From: a virus
Lineage: Duplodnaviria; Caudoviricetes
Direction: 5' to 3' (one strand)
IMG/VR virus record: IMGVR_UViG_3300030109_001698
Span: 1-55,693 of that record
DNA length: 55,693 bases
The notes below the pieces were generated by a model. The model was given only the letters and a program-made list of their open reading frames with translations. It did not search any database and was not told where the DNA came from. The number at the start of each line of letters is the position of its first letter. Positions within the stretch are counted from its first letter, which is position 1. A program made the position numbers and the translations under genes. Below, one piece after another: positions 37,961-46,326 of this stretch.

Positions 37961-40900
37961 ATGGCTAAAGGCGCTCCTTATAGAATAAAAATAAAAAATA
38001 AACCTACTAGAGTTTTTCAATCCGAACAGGAAATGAAAGACGCTTTAAGAAACGATCCTGAATTAAGAGACCAGCTTAAAAACAACGAGTATACAATCGA
38101 GACGGATAAGGACGGCCAGTATGTAGTTCCAGAATCATCTAAAATGGTGATGTATGAGACTATAATAATGTTAGAGGATAAAAAAAAGAAAAAGAAAAAA
38201 GAAAAAGAGGTAGAAATTAAGCCAGAAGAAACAAAAGTAGAGGTTAAGCCAGAAGAAACAACTACAGAAGAAGTAACTACCGATCCTGATCAAGCTTACG
38301 AAGAAGCTTACCCAGAAGAAAAAACAGTTATAAAAACAGATCCAGAAAGCGGTGCACAAGAAGTTGTTTTAACAGAAAAAAATAAAGAGCAAGAAAAAGA
38401 AGACTTTACTGATTTTATGCAAATAGGTAAAGAAACAGATCCTGTAACTCAAGCTATGCCAAAGTTTGGTTTATTTGGTAAGCAAATTGACCAAGAAAGA
38501 GTTTACAACTATTGGGAAAACAAGTTGCAGGACATGACAATAAAAAACGAGGAAGAAGTTCTTGATAGAGCTATAGCTGAAGAAATGGAGTTAGTTATGG
38601 AGATGGATAGTAAACTAGCGGAAACTGTAGAGAGTTATGAAGATAAAATAAAAAAACTTACAGATGAAAAAGAAGGACTTGAAGACGAAAAGAAACAAAT
38701 AAAAATTCAGAAACAAATAGATAAACTACAAACTAAAAAGAACGAAGTTTTAGAACCTGTTAGAAAAAAAATAAAAGATAAAAAACAAGTAGATATTTTT
38801 AATGAAAGACTTGCTAGAGTAGAAGAAATATCGAAACAAATATTTGGTGAGCAGTTTGAGTTTGATATCGCGGAGACTGGTGAAGAGTACGTAGAAAAGT
38901 TTGAATTAGATTTAATAAGACAAGTTGAGGAGTTAGATGTTTTGATAAACGAAACTACTGATCCAAAAAAGAAAAATGAGTTATACGAACAAAGAAGAGC
39001 TATTCAAAACGAGTTAAATGAACTTGAAGGTTATTTTCTTAACGAAAAAGGAGAATCAAAATTTAACGAAGCAAAAAGAGAAAACAAATTAAAACAGTTA
39101 AAAGAAAAAACACATGGCAACATGAGTATTGATGGTATGAAAGCTGTTATTAATGTCGCAGCTTCGTTATCAGAAGGAGGAAATATAAACGTTGCTGCTC
39201 ATGAGTTTTTACACAAGTTACTTTTGAATACCATTAGAAATAATGATAATATAAGAATTGTATTAGGATCAAATTTACATAAATATATAGCTAAAATCGA
39301 TCCTAACTTGGTTCAAAATAGTGATTTTAGAAGACGTTTAGTTTCTTACGGTAACAATATAGAACTTATAAATGAATTAGTAGGACGGTTAAACGAAGCT
39401 AGACAAGAGGGAAATACAGAATTAGCTAAAAAGCTAGAAAAACAAAGAGTAAAATTAGAAAGTAGCTTTGAAAACGGTTCTCAAGCTGAAGAAGTTTTAA
39501 CGTTGTTTTCAGACGCTATATACTATAACGAAGTAACATTTAATGAAAATCTTTATACTAAACTAGGTGATATGTTTAGGCGTATATTTAGATCTTTTGG
39601 TGTTACCGCTAAATGGGCTAACCCTAGAGACGTTTATAATTTTATAAGAGATTACAACAATACTATTGAAACGGGTAGAGGTGTTGCTGCTTTAATAAAA
39701 GAAGGTAGAGAGGGTGTGACATTAAAAGGTGATATAAAACAACAAATAGATATAGAATCTGGAGACGCGCCTAAAAAACGTAGACGTAAAAAAAGGTTTA
39801 CAATATTTCAATCTAAATCAGACGCAGAATCCGTAAACAATATATATCAAGAAAAAGGTAAAGATGGTGCTTTTGATATTGCAGAGGAGTACCGTGGTAT
39901 GGCAAACAAAATATATGATAGATATGTTTCGCAACTACCTAGAGATTTACAAGCTTGGATTAAGCAGCAAGATAATTTTAGAGAAGACTTAATTAACGGT
40001 ATATTATTTGCTAGTTATAAGTTTATTAACGAAGGAAACGCTAACAGAAGTGTTGTTGGTATGGTTCAAAATGAATTTGTTGAAGCTAGACAGACTTATG
40101 GTAATTTAGCCGCTTATATAAATAAGTTTATATCATTAAGAGCAATACAAGAGTTTAAAGATAATCTACCACAAGAAGCTAAACTACCTGAACCAACTGA
40201 GCCAACTGAAACAAAGCCTGAGGAGCAAGTAAGAAAAGGTAAAATAGCACTAAAAGAATTAAAACAAGAAGAAACACAAGAAGATGTAAAAAATATTGTT
40301 CGTACAAGCGGTGTAAAACTTCCTGCGGAACCAAGTTATAAAGATGTTAAAAATTTAATAACTAGTCACGATGGGGCTAAAAAATCAAAACGTATTCCTA
40401 CTGGTGAGTTGTTTCCAGTTTTAGAAAAAATATGTGAAGATTTATTTGGTGACGCTAGTATAGCCCTAAGATTAGTTAGAGAAGTAGATCTTACTAAAAG
40501 CCAAAGAGCTGCAATTCAAGATTATATACGTAGAAAACATATAGAGCTTATTACCTATGTAATACCTGAAGGTACTTCAAAAGAAGGTAAGGCTACTGGC
40601 GCGGCAAACACTAAGTTAGGTGTACTTTATACAGAAGGCGCTAGAACAAAAACAGGGCCAGGATTAAAAGAGCAAAAGAAACTACATATAGATCCAGCGT
40701 TTTTGTTAGAGCAAGCTGGTATGGTTAAGGGACAACCTACTATAACTACCACTAAAGTTGATCCGTTTTTAAGATCAATGGCTATTCAAATAGGTGTTAT
40801 AGCCTCTAATCAAGCTATAAGACAAGAAAAAGAATATCTTAATCTTACGGAGCTACAAGTTATTAGACTAAAAGATGGTAAGCCTAAATTAGCTTATTCT

Positions 40901-43900
40901 CAAGCAGCTAATGAAAATGTTTCTTGGATAAAACAACAGTTAGACAAAGGAGACTTTGATTCTATTAACAAAATAAATAAATTATTAGGTAATAAAAAAC
41001 TTATTTTAGACCCATCAAATCCAAATCATATAACGCAAATGGAGTATTTTGCAACTGATGTGTTAGCAAAATATTTACCTTGGGAGTTTGTAAACGCTGC
41101 TAGTTTTGGTGTTGGAACAAAAAGAAATACTGGTCAGTTTTTTACAGCTGAAGGAGGTGCTGAAGCAGGTACTAGAATAAAGCTTCAAAATAAAGTTAAA
41201 AAATACCAATCAAAAAATCCTTTAAATCTTACGGAAAAACAGATAAGATCTGTAAGGTTAGCTATTAGATCAAAAAGAGGTTATGGCAAGGGTGGTTGGT
41301 ATGATATGCACACTATAAAAACTGTAAGAGGTGAAGTTAAAAATAGAAGTTTTACTTCAGACTATTATCAAGAGGTAATAAAAGATCATAACGAGGGCGT
41401 TGAAATTATTTTAAACGCATTACAAGATATAATCAACATAGACAACGGTAAATATCTACCTGAAATAGCGGCTATGTTTAAAAGCCAAGCGTATGCGACT
41501 GATCATTTTATAAGACAAATGGCAATACCTAAAGGTAGAGAACAAGGAATAGGAGTTAACAATACTTATAGTGAACACTTTTTTCCATCTGGCAAAATGA
41601 GTGAATTAATACTTAGGGCTTTAATTAATAATCAAATTAATGATTTAATACCTTTTATGCAAGATAGTTATTACCAAATTGGTTTAACTTCTGTTACAAA
41701 TAAGAAAATTGACAATCTTTACAAAGAAGGTTTCCCTAAAGAATATTATGATGTTATTAATGAAAAACTTAAAGAAGGGTTTAGTAATTTACCAGATCCA
41801 ATAATTAGATACGCTCATTCTAATATTAATTTAAATAAAATAACGTTAAATAATAATAACACATTAACTCAAAACTATGGTTTAGCTTACGCAGAAACTA
41901 ATAGTTCTTTTGAACTTGTAGCCGTTGTAAATACTTTACTTCAAGAGTTTTCTTTAGGACAAATATCACAAGAAAAAGCTATAAATGTTTTACAGTCAAC
42001 GTTAAAAATATCTTATTCAAAAAATAGTAACAAAGAAAAGATATTGGATCTAGCTATTCAAAACGCAAGAGCTAATTATAATAATCCTAAAGGTATGAGT
42101 ACTTTTGATTTTGACGAAACGTTGATTGATAAAGGGGACAATTTTATTATAGCTACAAAAGACAATAAAACTATTAAAATAAGTAGTGGGCAATGGCCTG
42201 TTCAAGGTCCTGAATTAGCTAAGCAAGGTTATAAGTTTGATTTTTCAGACTTTATTAACGTTAGAGGTGGTATTGAGGGTCCTTTGTTAGAAAAAATGAG
42301 AAACCAAATAAAGAAGTTTGGAACTCAAAATGTTTTTGTACTAACAGCTAGACCATCTCAATCAGCGCCAGCAATACACGAGTGGTTAAAAACAAGAGGT
42401 ATTAATATACCTTATAAAAACATAACTGGATTAGGTAACAGTACTGGCGAAGCAAAGGCAGAGTGGATGCTTGAAAAGTTTGCAGAGGGGTATAATGATA
42501 TGTATTTTGTTGATGATGCTTTGTCAAATGTAAAAGCTGTTAAGAACGTGTTAGAACAGCTAGATATTAAATCTAAAGTTGTACAAGTAAAAATAAACTA
42601 TAGTAAAGAAGCTAGTAAAAGATTAAATGAAATAATAGAACAAAGTACAGGTGTTGATGGTAAGAAAATATTTTCTGAGGCGCAAGCTAAACTAAGGGGT
42701 GATAAATTTAAAGTTAGAGACATAGTACCTCCTTCAGCACAGGACTTTCTTGGTTTACTATATAATATGTTACCTAAGGGCAAACAAGGTGAGGAAGCAA
42801 TGGAGTACTTTAAGAAAACATTAATAGATCCGTTTGCTAGAGGCGTAAACGAATTAAACACGGCTAAGCAAAGAGCTGCTACAGAGTTTGCTGCTTTGCT
42901 TAAGACTTTTCCAGATGTTAAATCTGATTTAAAAAGAAAATTGAAAAATTTTGATGGTGTACCTAAACATATTGGTAATTATAAAATTGATCACGCTGTT
43001 AGAGTTTATTTATGGAACAAAGCTGGTTATGAAGTGCCAGGTTTATCAAAAAGAGATTTAAATGAATTAGTTGACTTTGTAAAGCAAGATGAAGAGCTTA
43101 GAGCTTTTGCTAATGCGGTTGGTAATATATCTAAAAACGAAAAAGGATATGCTGAGCCAGGTGAGTATTGGTTAGTAGAAAACATACAAGCTGACTTGCT
43201 TAGTGATGGAGCCATCGGAGAGGTTAGAGGAAAGTATCTTACTGAATGGCAAAATAATGTTGATTTAATGTTTACGCCGGAAAACATGCGTAAGTTAAAA
43301 GCTATATACGGCAGTAAGTATGTAGAAGCCTTACAAGATATACTTTACCGTATGAAAACAGGTAGAAACAGACCTAGCGGTACTAATAGATTATCAAACA
43401 TATATATGAACTGGGTAAATAATTCTGTTGGCGCTATCATGTTCTTTAACATACGTTCAGCTGTGTTACAAACTATATCTTCTGTCAACTACATTAATTG
43501 GACGGATAACAACCCGTTAAAAGCTGGACTTGCTTTAGCTAATCAAAAACAATTTTGGAAAGATTTTGTATACATATTTAATTCTGATATGTTAAAACAA
43601 AGAAGAGCTGGTAATAGAAGAGGTGTTAATGAGTCTGAATTGCTAAACGCTGTTATAGGTAGTAACAACCCAATTAAAGCTTCTATAGCTTGGTTATTAA
43701 ATAAAGGTTTTTTACCTACGCAAATTGCGGATAGTTTTGCTATTGCATCTGGTGGGGCTACTTTTTATAGAAATAGAGTTAACACTTATTTAAAGCAAGG
43801 CATGTCTCAACAGGAAGCAGAGCAAAAAGCTTGGTTAGATTTTCAAGAGGTTACAGAGGTGTCACAGCAATCAGCAAGACCTGATTTAATATCGCAGCAA

Positions 43901-45097
43901 CAAGCTAATCCATTGGGTAGATTAATATTAGCCTTTGCAAACACACCTATGCAATATGGCCGTATAATGAATAAAGCATTTAGAGATATTATAAATCGTA
44001 GAGGCGATACTAAAACACATGTTTCTAAAATAGTTTACTATGGTGTAGTACAAAGTGTAATTTTTACAAGTTTACAATCAGCTATATTTGCAGCCTTAGG
44101 AGAGGGAGACGAAGAGTTGCTCGACAAAAAGAAAGATAGAATGTTTAATGGTATTATAGATTCTTGGTTAACAACGTTTGGCTATGGTGGTAAAGCTATT
44201 AGCGCGTTAAAAAATACCTTGATGGAATATAAAAAGCAAGACCTGAAAGATACTGATGACGATTATTTCTCACGATCTGATCATGCTTATACCATACTAC
44301 AAGCGTTAAGTTTTTCTCCTCCTATTGGGGCAAAACTTCGTAAAATATATCAATCTACACAAACAAGAATATTTAATAGAGATATTATTAAAGAAAGAGG
44401 ATTTACTTTAGACAATCCAGTATGGGGAGCTGTTGGTCACGTTATAGAAGGTGTAACTAATATACCGCTTGGTAGATTATCTAATAAAATGTTAAACTTA
44501 GACAATGCTTTAGATACAAGAAACGAAAGTTGGAAAAGAATAGCTTTAATAATGGGTTGGAACACTTGGGACTTAGGCATAAAAGATCCTGATTTACAAG
44601 CTTTAGGAGAAGATATAAAAGAAAGAAAGAAGCAAGAAAAGAAAATGCAAAATGAAAAAGAAAAAGCTGAAAAACAAAGGGAGAAGTTAAGAGAAAAATA
44701 TCCTGACAAAACAGATGAGCAAATTGATGAAACTGTAACTACTGAAAAGAAAATAAAACAAATTTTTGATTTAAACAAAAGAGAACAAGTAAAAATAATA
44801 GAAGGTTTAAACTTAAATCCAAAAGATTATCCTAAGGAACAGGATAGAGTAGATATAATAATGGAAAGTTACAATGAAGATTCTAAAAAAATAGATTCTA
44901 CTTTAACAGCTATAGAAAACTACGTGCCATCAGAATCAGAACAAAGATCTATAGATTTATTTAAAATGAACAAAAAAGATCAAATAAATATGTTAATGCA
45001 ACTAGGTTTAAATAGTAAAGCTATAAAAAAACTTAAGTATGAAGAGGATAGAGTAAATAAAATATTACAATTAGAAGAAAAAGAAAAAAGTAAATAA
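37961..45097 (+). CDS. Giant multidomain (polyvalent) virion protein: zincin, sigma-region-2-like, HAD phosphatase, C-terminal helical domain
   Basis: HEFLH (res 414) with EEVL; EDLING...LAAYINKFISLRA; FDFDETL, LTAR, K, FVDD. Confidence 0.8.
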   Translation: MAKGAPYRIKIKNKPTRVFQSEQEMKDALRNDPELRDQLKNNEYTIETDKDGQYVVPESSKMVMYETIIMLEDKKKKKKKEKEVEIKPEETKVEVKPEETTTEEVTTDPDQAYEEAYPEEKTVIKTDPESGAQEVVLTEKNKEQEKEDFTDFMQIGKETDPVTQAMPKFGLFGKQIDQERVYNYWENKLQDMTIKNEEEVLDRAIAEEMELVMEMDSKLAETVESYEDKIKKLTDEKEGLEDEKKQIKIQKQIDKLQTKKNEVLEPVRKKIKDKKQVDIFNERLARVEEISKQIFGEQFEFDIAETGEEYVEKFELDLIRQVEELDVLINETTDPKKKNELYEQRRAIQNELNELEGYFLNEKGESKFNEAKRENKLKQLKEKTHGNMSIDGMKAVINVAASLSEGGNINVAAHEFLHKLLLNTIRNNDNIRIVLGSNLHKYIAKIDPNLVQNSDFRRRLVSYGNNIELINELVGRLNEARQEGNTELAKKLEKQRVKLESSFENGSQAEEVLTLFSDAIYYNEVTFNENLYTKLGDMFRRIFRSFGVTAKWANPRDVYNFIRDYNNTIETGRGVAALIKEGREGVTLKGDIKQQIDIESGDAPKKRRRKKRFTIFQSKSDAESVNNIYQEKGKDGAFDIAEEYRGMANKIYDRYVSQLPRDLQAWIKQQDNFREDLINGILFASYKFINEGNANRSVVGMVQNEFVEARQTYGNLAAYINKFISLRAIQEFKDNLPQEAKLPEPTEPTETKPEEQVRKGKIALKELKQEETQEDVKNIVRTSGVKLPAEPSYKDVKNLITSHDGAKKSKRIPTGELFPVLEKICEDLFGDASIALRLVREVDLTKSQRAAIQDYIRRKHIELITYVIPEGTSKEGKATGAANTKLGVLYTEGARTKTGPGLKEQKKLHIDPAFLLEQAGMVKGQPTITTTKVDPFLRSMAIQIGVIASNQAIRQEKEYLNLTELQVIRLKDGKPKLAYSQAANENVSWIKQQLDKGDFDSINKINKLLGNKKLILDPSNPNHITQMEYFATDVLAKYLPWEFVNAASFGVGTKRNTGQFFTAEGGAEAGTRIKLQNKVKKYQSKNPLNLTEKQIRSVRLAIRSKRGYGKGGWYDMHTIKTVRGEVKNRSFTSDYYQEVIKDHNEGVEIILNALQDIINIDNGKYLPEIAAMFKSQAYATDHFIRQMAIPKGREQGIGVNNTYSEHFFPSGKMSELILRALINNQINDLIPFMQDSYYQIGLTSVTNKKIDNLYKEGFPKEYYDVINEKLKEGFSNLPDPIIRYAHSNINLNKITLNNNNTLTQNYGLAYAETNSSFELVAVVNTLLQEFSLGQISQEKAINVLQSTLKISYSKNSNKEKILDLAIQNARANYNNPKGMSTFDFDETLIDKGDNFIIATKDNKTIKISSGQWPVQGPELAKQGYKFDFSDFINVRGGIEGPLLEKMRNQIKKFGTQNVFVLTARPSQSAPAIHEWLKTRGINIPYKNITGLGNSTGEAKAEWMLEKFAEGYNDMYFVDDALSNVKAVKNVLEQLDIKSKVVQVKINYSKEASKRLNEIIEQSTGVDGKKIFSEAQAKLRGDKFKVRDIVPPSAQDFLGLLYNMLPKGKQGEEAMEYFKKTLIDPFARGVNELNTAKQRAATEFAALLKTFPDVKSDLKRKLKNFDGVPKHIGNYKIDHAVRVYLWNKAGYEVPGLSKRDLNELVDFVKQDEELRAFANAVGNISKNEKGYAEPGEYWLVENIQADLLSDGAIGEVRGKYLTEWQNNVDLMFTPENMRKLKAIYGSKYVEALQDILYRMKTGRNRPSGTNRLSNIYMNWVNNSVGAIMFFNIRSAVLQTISSVNYINWTDNNPLKAGLALANQKQFWKDFVYIFNSDMLKQRRAGNRRGVNESELLNAVIGSNNPIKASIAWLLNKGFLPTQIADSFAIASGGATFYRNRVNTYLKQGMSQQEAEQKAWLDFQEVTEVSQQSARPDLISQQQANPLGRLILAFANTPMQYGRIMNKAFRDIINRRGDTKTHVSKIVYYGVVQSVIFTSLQSAIFAALGEGDEELLDKKKDRMFNGIIDSWLTTFGYGGKAISALKNTLMEYKKQDLKDTDDDYFSRSDHAYTILQALSFSPPIGAKLRKIYQSTQTRIFNRDIIKERGFTLDNPVWGAVGHVIEGVTNIPLGRLSNKMLNLDNALDTRNESWKRIALIMGWNTWDLGIKDPDLQALGEDIKERKKQEKKMQNEKEKAEKQREKLREKYPDKTDEQIDETVTTEKKIKQIFDLNKREQVKIIEGLNLNPKDYPKEQDRVDIIMESYNEDSKKIDSTLTAIENYVPSESEQRSIDLFKMNKKDQINMLMQLGLNSKAIKKLKYEEDRVNKILQLEEKEKSK

Positions 45098-45141
45098 AGT
45101 TAAAAACAAGTGATTCTATAATAATAAAGTATACTAAAAAA

Positions 45142-45426
45142 ATGGCAAAAGAATTAAATGAAGACACGGGCTTCGTATTAAGTATAAAAACAATAATAGG
45201 TTTAGGGTTTGCAGTAGCTACATTGGCTGGTATGTGGTTTACGTTGCAGGCAGATATAGCTGAAGCAAAAGAGCTACCGGTAATCCCACCGGATGAGGTT
45301 ACTAGAATGGAGTTTGACATGAAAGATCAAATGATTCGCCAGACTATTATGACAACTCAAGAAGACGTTACTGAAATTAAAGAAGATATGAAGCGTATTG
45401 AAGAAAAAATTGATAAATTAAGATAA
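45142..45426 (+). CDS. Single-TM coiled-coil protein
   Basis: TM IIGLGFAVATLAGMWF; C-terminal heptads. Confidence 0.8.
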   Translation: MAKELNEDTGFVLSIKTIIGLGFAVATLAGMWFTLQADIAEAKELPVIPPDEVTRMEFDMKDQMIRQTIMTTQEDVTEIKEDMKRIEEKIDKLR

Positions 45427-45432
45427 AATTAA

Positions 45433-45795
45433 ATGGAAAATACAGACGTCACATGGAGAACATTTAGTGTATATATGTTAGTTTTGCTTTTTATGTTGTT
45501 TGCTGGCGGCGTTTTTGGTCAAATAAAAGTTGTACACTTTAACGCAGAATGGAATAAAAACAACGGTGCTGATTGGATTATGTCTTTAAAAGACTGTAAT
45601 ACTAAAAGTTATGTTGATATAGCTAAAGACCCAGAAGCACAAAAAAAATATAAAATAGCAGTTGTACCTACAATTATAATATTTAAAGACGGGGAAGAAG
45701 TCGCTAGATTTCAAGCTGATTTAAGTTTTAAGTTGTTAGCAACTAGAGAAGAAGTACAAGAAGAAATAGACGAACAATTAATGAGCGATTTTTAA
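45433..45795 (+). CDS. Exported thioredoxin-fold protein lacking CxxC
   Basis: Signal ending VFG|Q; VVHFNAEWN, YKIAVVPTIIIFKDGEEVAR. Confidence 0.8.
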   Translation: MENTDVTWRTFSVYMLVLLFMLFAGGVFGQIKVVHFNAEWNKNNGADWIMSLKDCNTKSYVDIAKDPEAQKKYKIAVVPTIIIFKDGEEVARFQADLSFKLLATREEVQEEIDEQLMSDF

Positions 45796-45796
45796 T

Positions 45797-46159
45797 ATGG
45801 CATATACACAAAAAAATAATCCTTTTAAAGTTACAAGCTGTGGCAGAAGAAGAACCTTTATGTGTGGAGGTAATCCAGGCGATGACAGAACAAAATCAAG
45901 TCCTTTTGCTAGTAGAGAACCTAGAAAAACAACAAAGGGTAAGGGTCGTAATTTTAGAACAACAGAAGAGGGTGCCGGTATGACAGCTAAAGGTGTTGCT
46001 GAGTACAAACGTAAAAACCCTGGCAGCAAGTTAAAAACAGCTGTCACAGAAAAAAATCCTTCTAAAAAAGATGCTGCTAGAAGAAGATCTTTTTGTGCTA
46101 GATCGAAAGGTTGGAAAGGCGAAAGAGGTAGAGCTGCTAGACGTAGATGGAAATGTTAA
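45797..46159 (+). CDS. Basic phage protein
   Basis: NPGSKLKTAV...RRRSFCAR...RWKC; N-terminal NPFK...SSPF. Confidence 0.8.
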   Translation: MAYTQKNNPFKVTSCGRRRTFMCGGNPGDDRTKSSPFASREPRKTTKGKGRNFRTTEEGAGMTAKGVAEYKRKNPGSKLKTAVTEKNPSKKDAARRRSFCARSKGWKGERGRAARRRWKC

Positions 46160-46179
46160 ATAAATAAAAAATATATAAA

Positions 46180-46326
46180 ATGAGAAATGCACCATTAAAA
46201 GGTTTAATACACAAATCTTCACCTTTAACAAAAAAGGGACCTTGTTGGACTGGTTACGAAATGATAGGCATGAAGAAAAAGGGAGGTAGAACCGTTCCTA
46301 ATTGTGTTCCTAAAAAGAAAAAATAA
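46180..46326 (+). CDS. 48-aa basic protein with CWxGY...VPNCVP motif
   Basis: Translated by hand: MRNAPLKGLIHKSSPLTKKGPCWTGYEMIGMKKKGGRTVPNCVPKKKK. Confidence 0.75.
   Translation: MRNAPLKGLIHKSSPLTKKGPCWTGYEMIGMKKKGGRTVPNCVPKKKK

Noticed and set aside
37940-37970. Frameshift fusing the 1149-aa and 2378-aa genes
   Set aside because: The TAA-T-ATG junction is the same coupling used throughout the window; no clear slippery site plus structure
42107-42121. DFDET as a crAss-type virion RNA polymerase catalytic motif (DFDID/DxDGD)
   Set aside because: It lacks the third Asp and is followed by HAD motifs II-IV (LTAR, K, FVDD), so it is a HAD motif I
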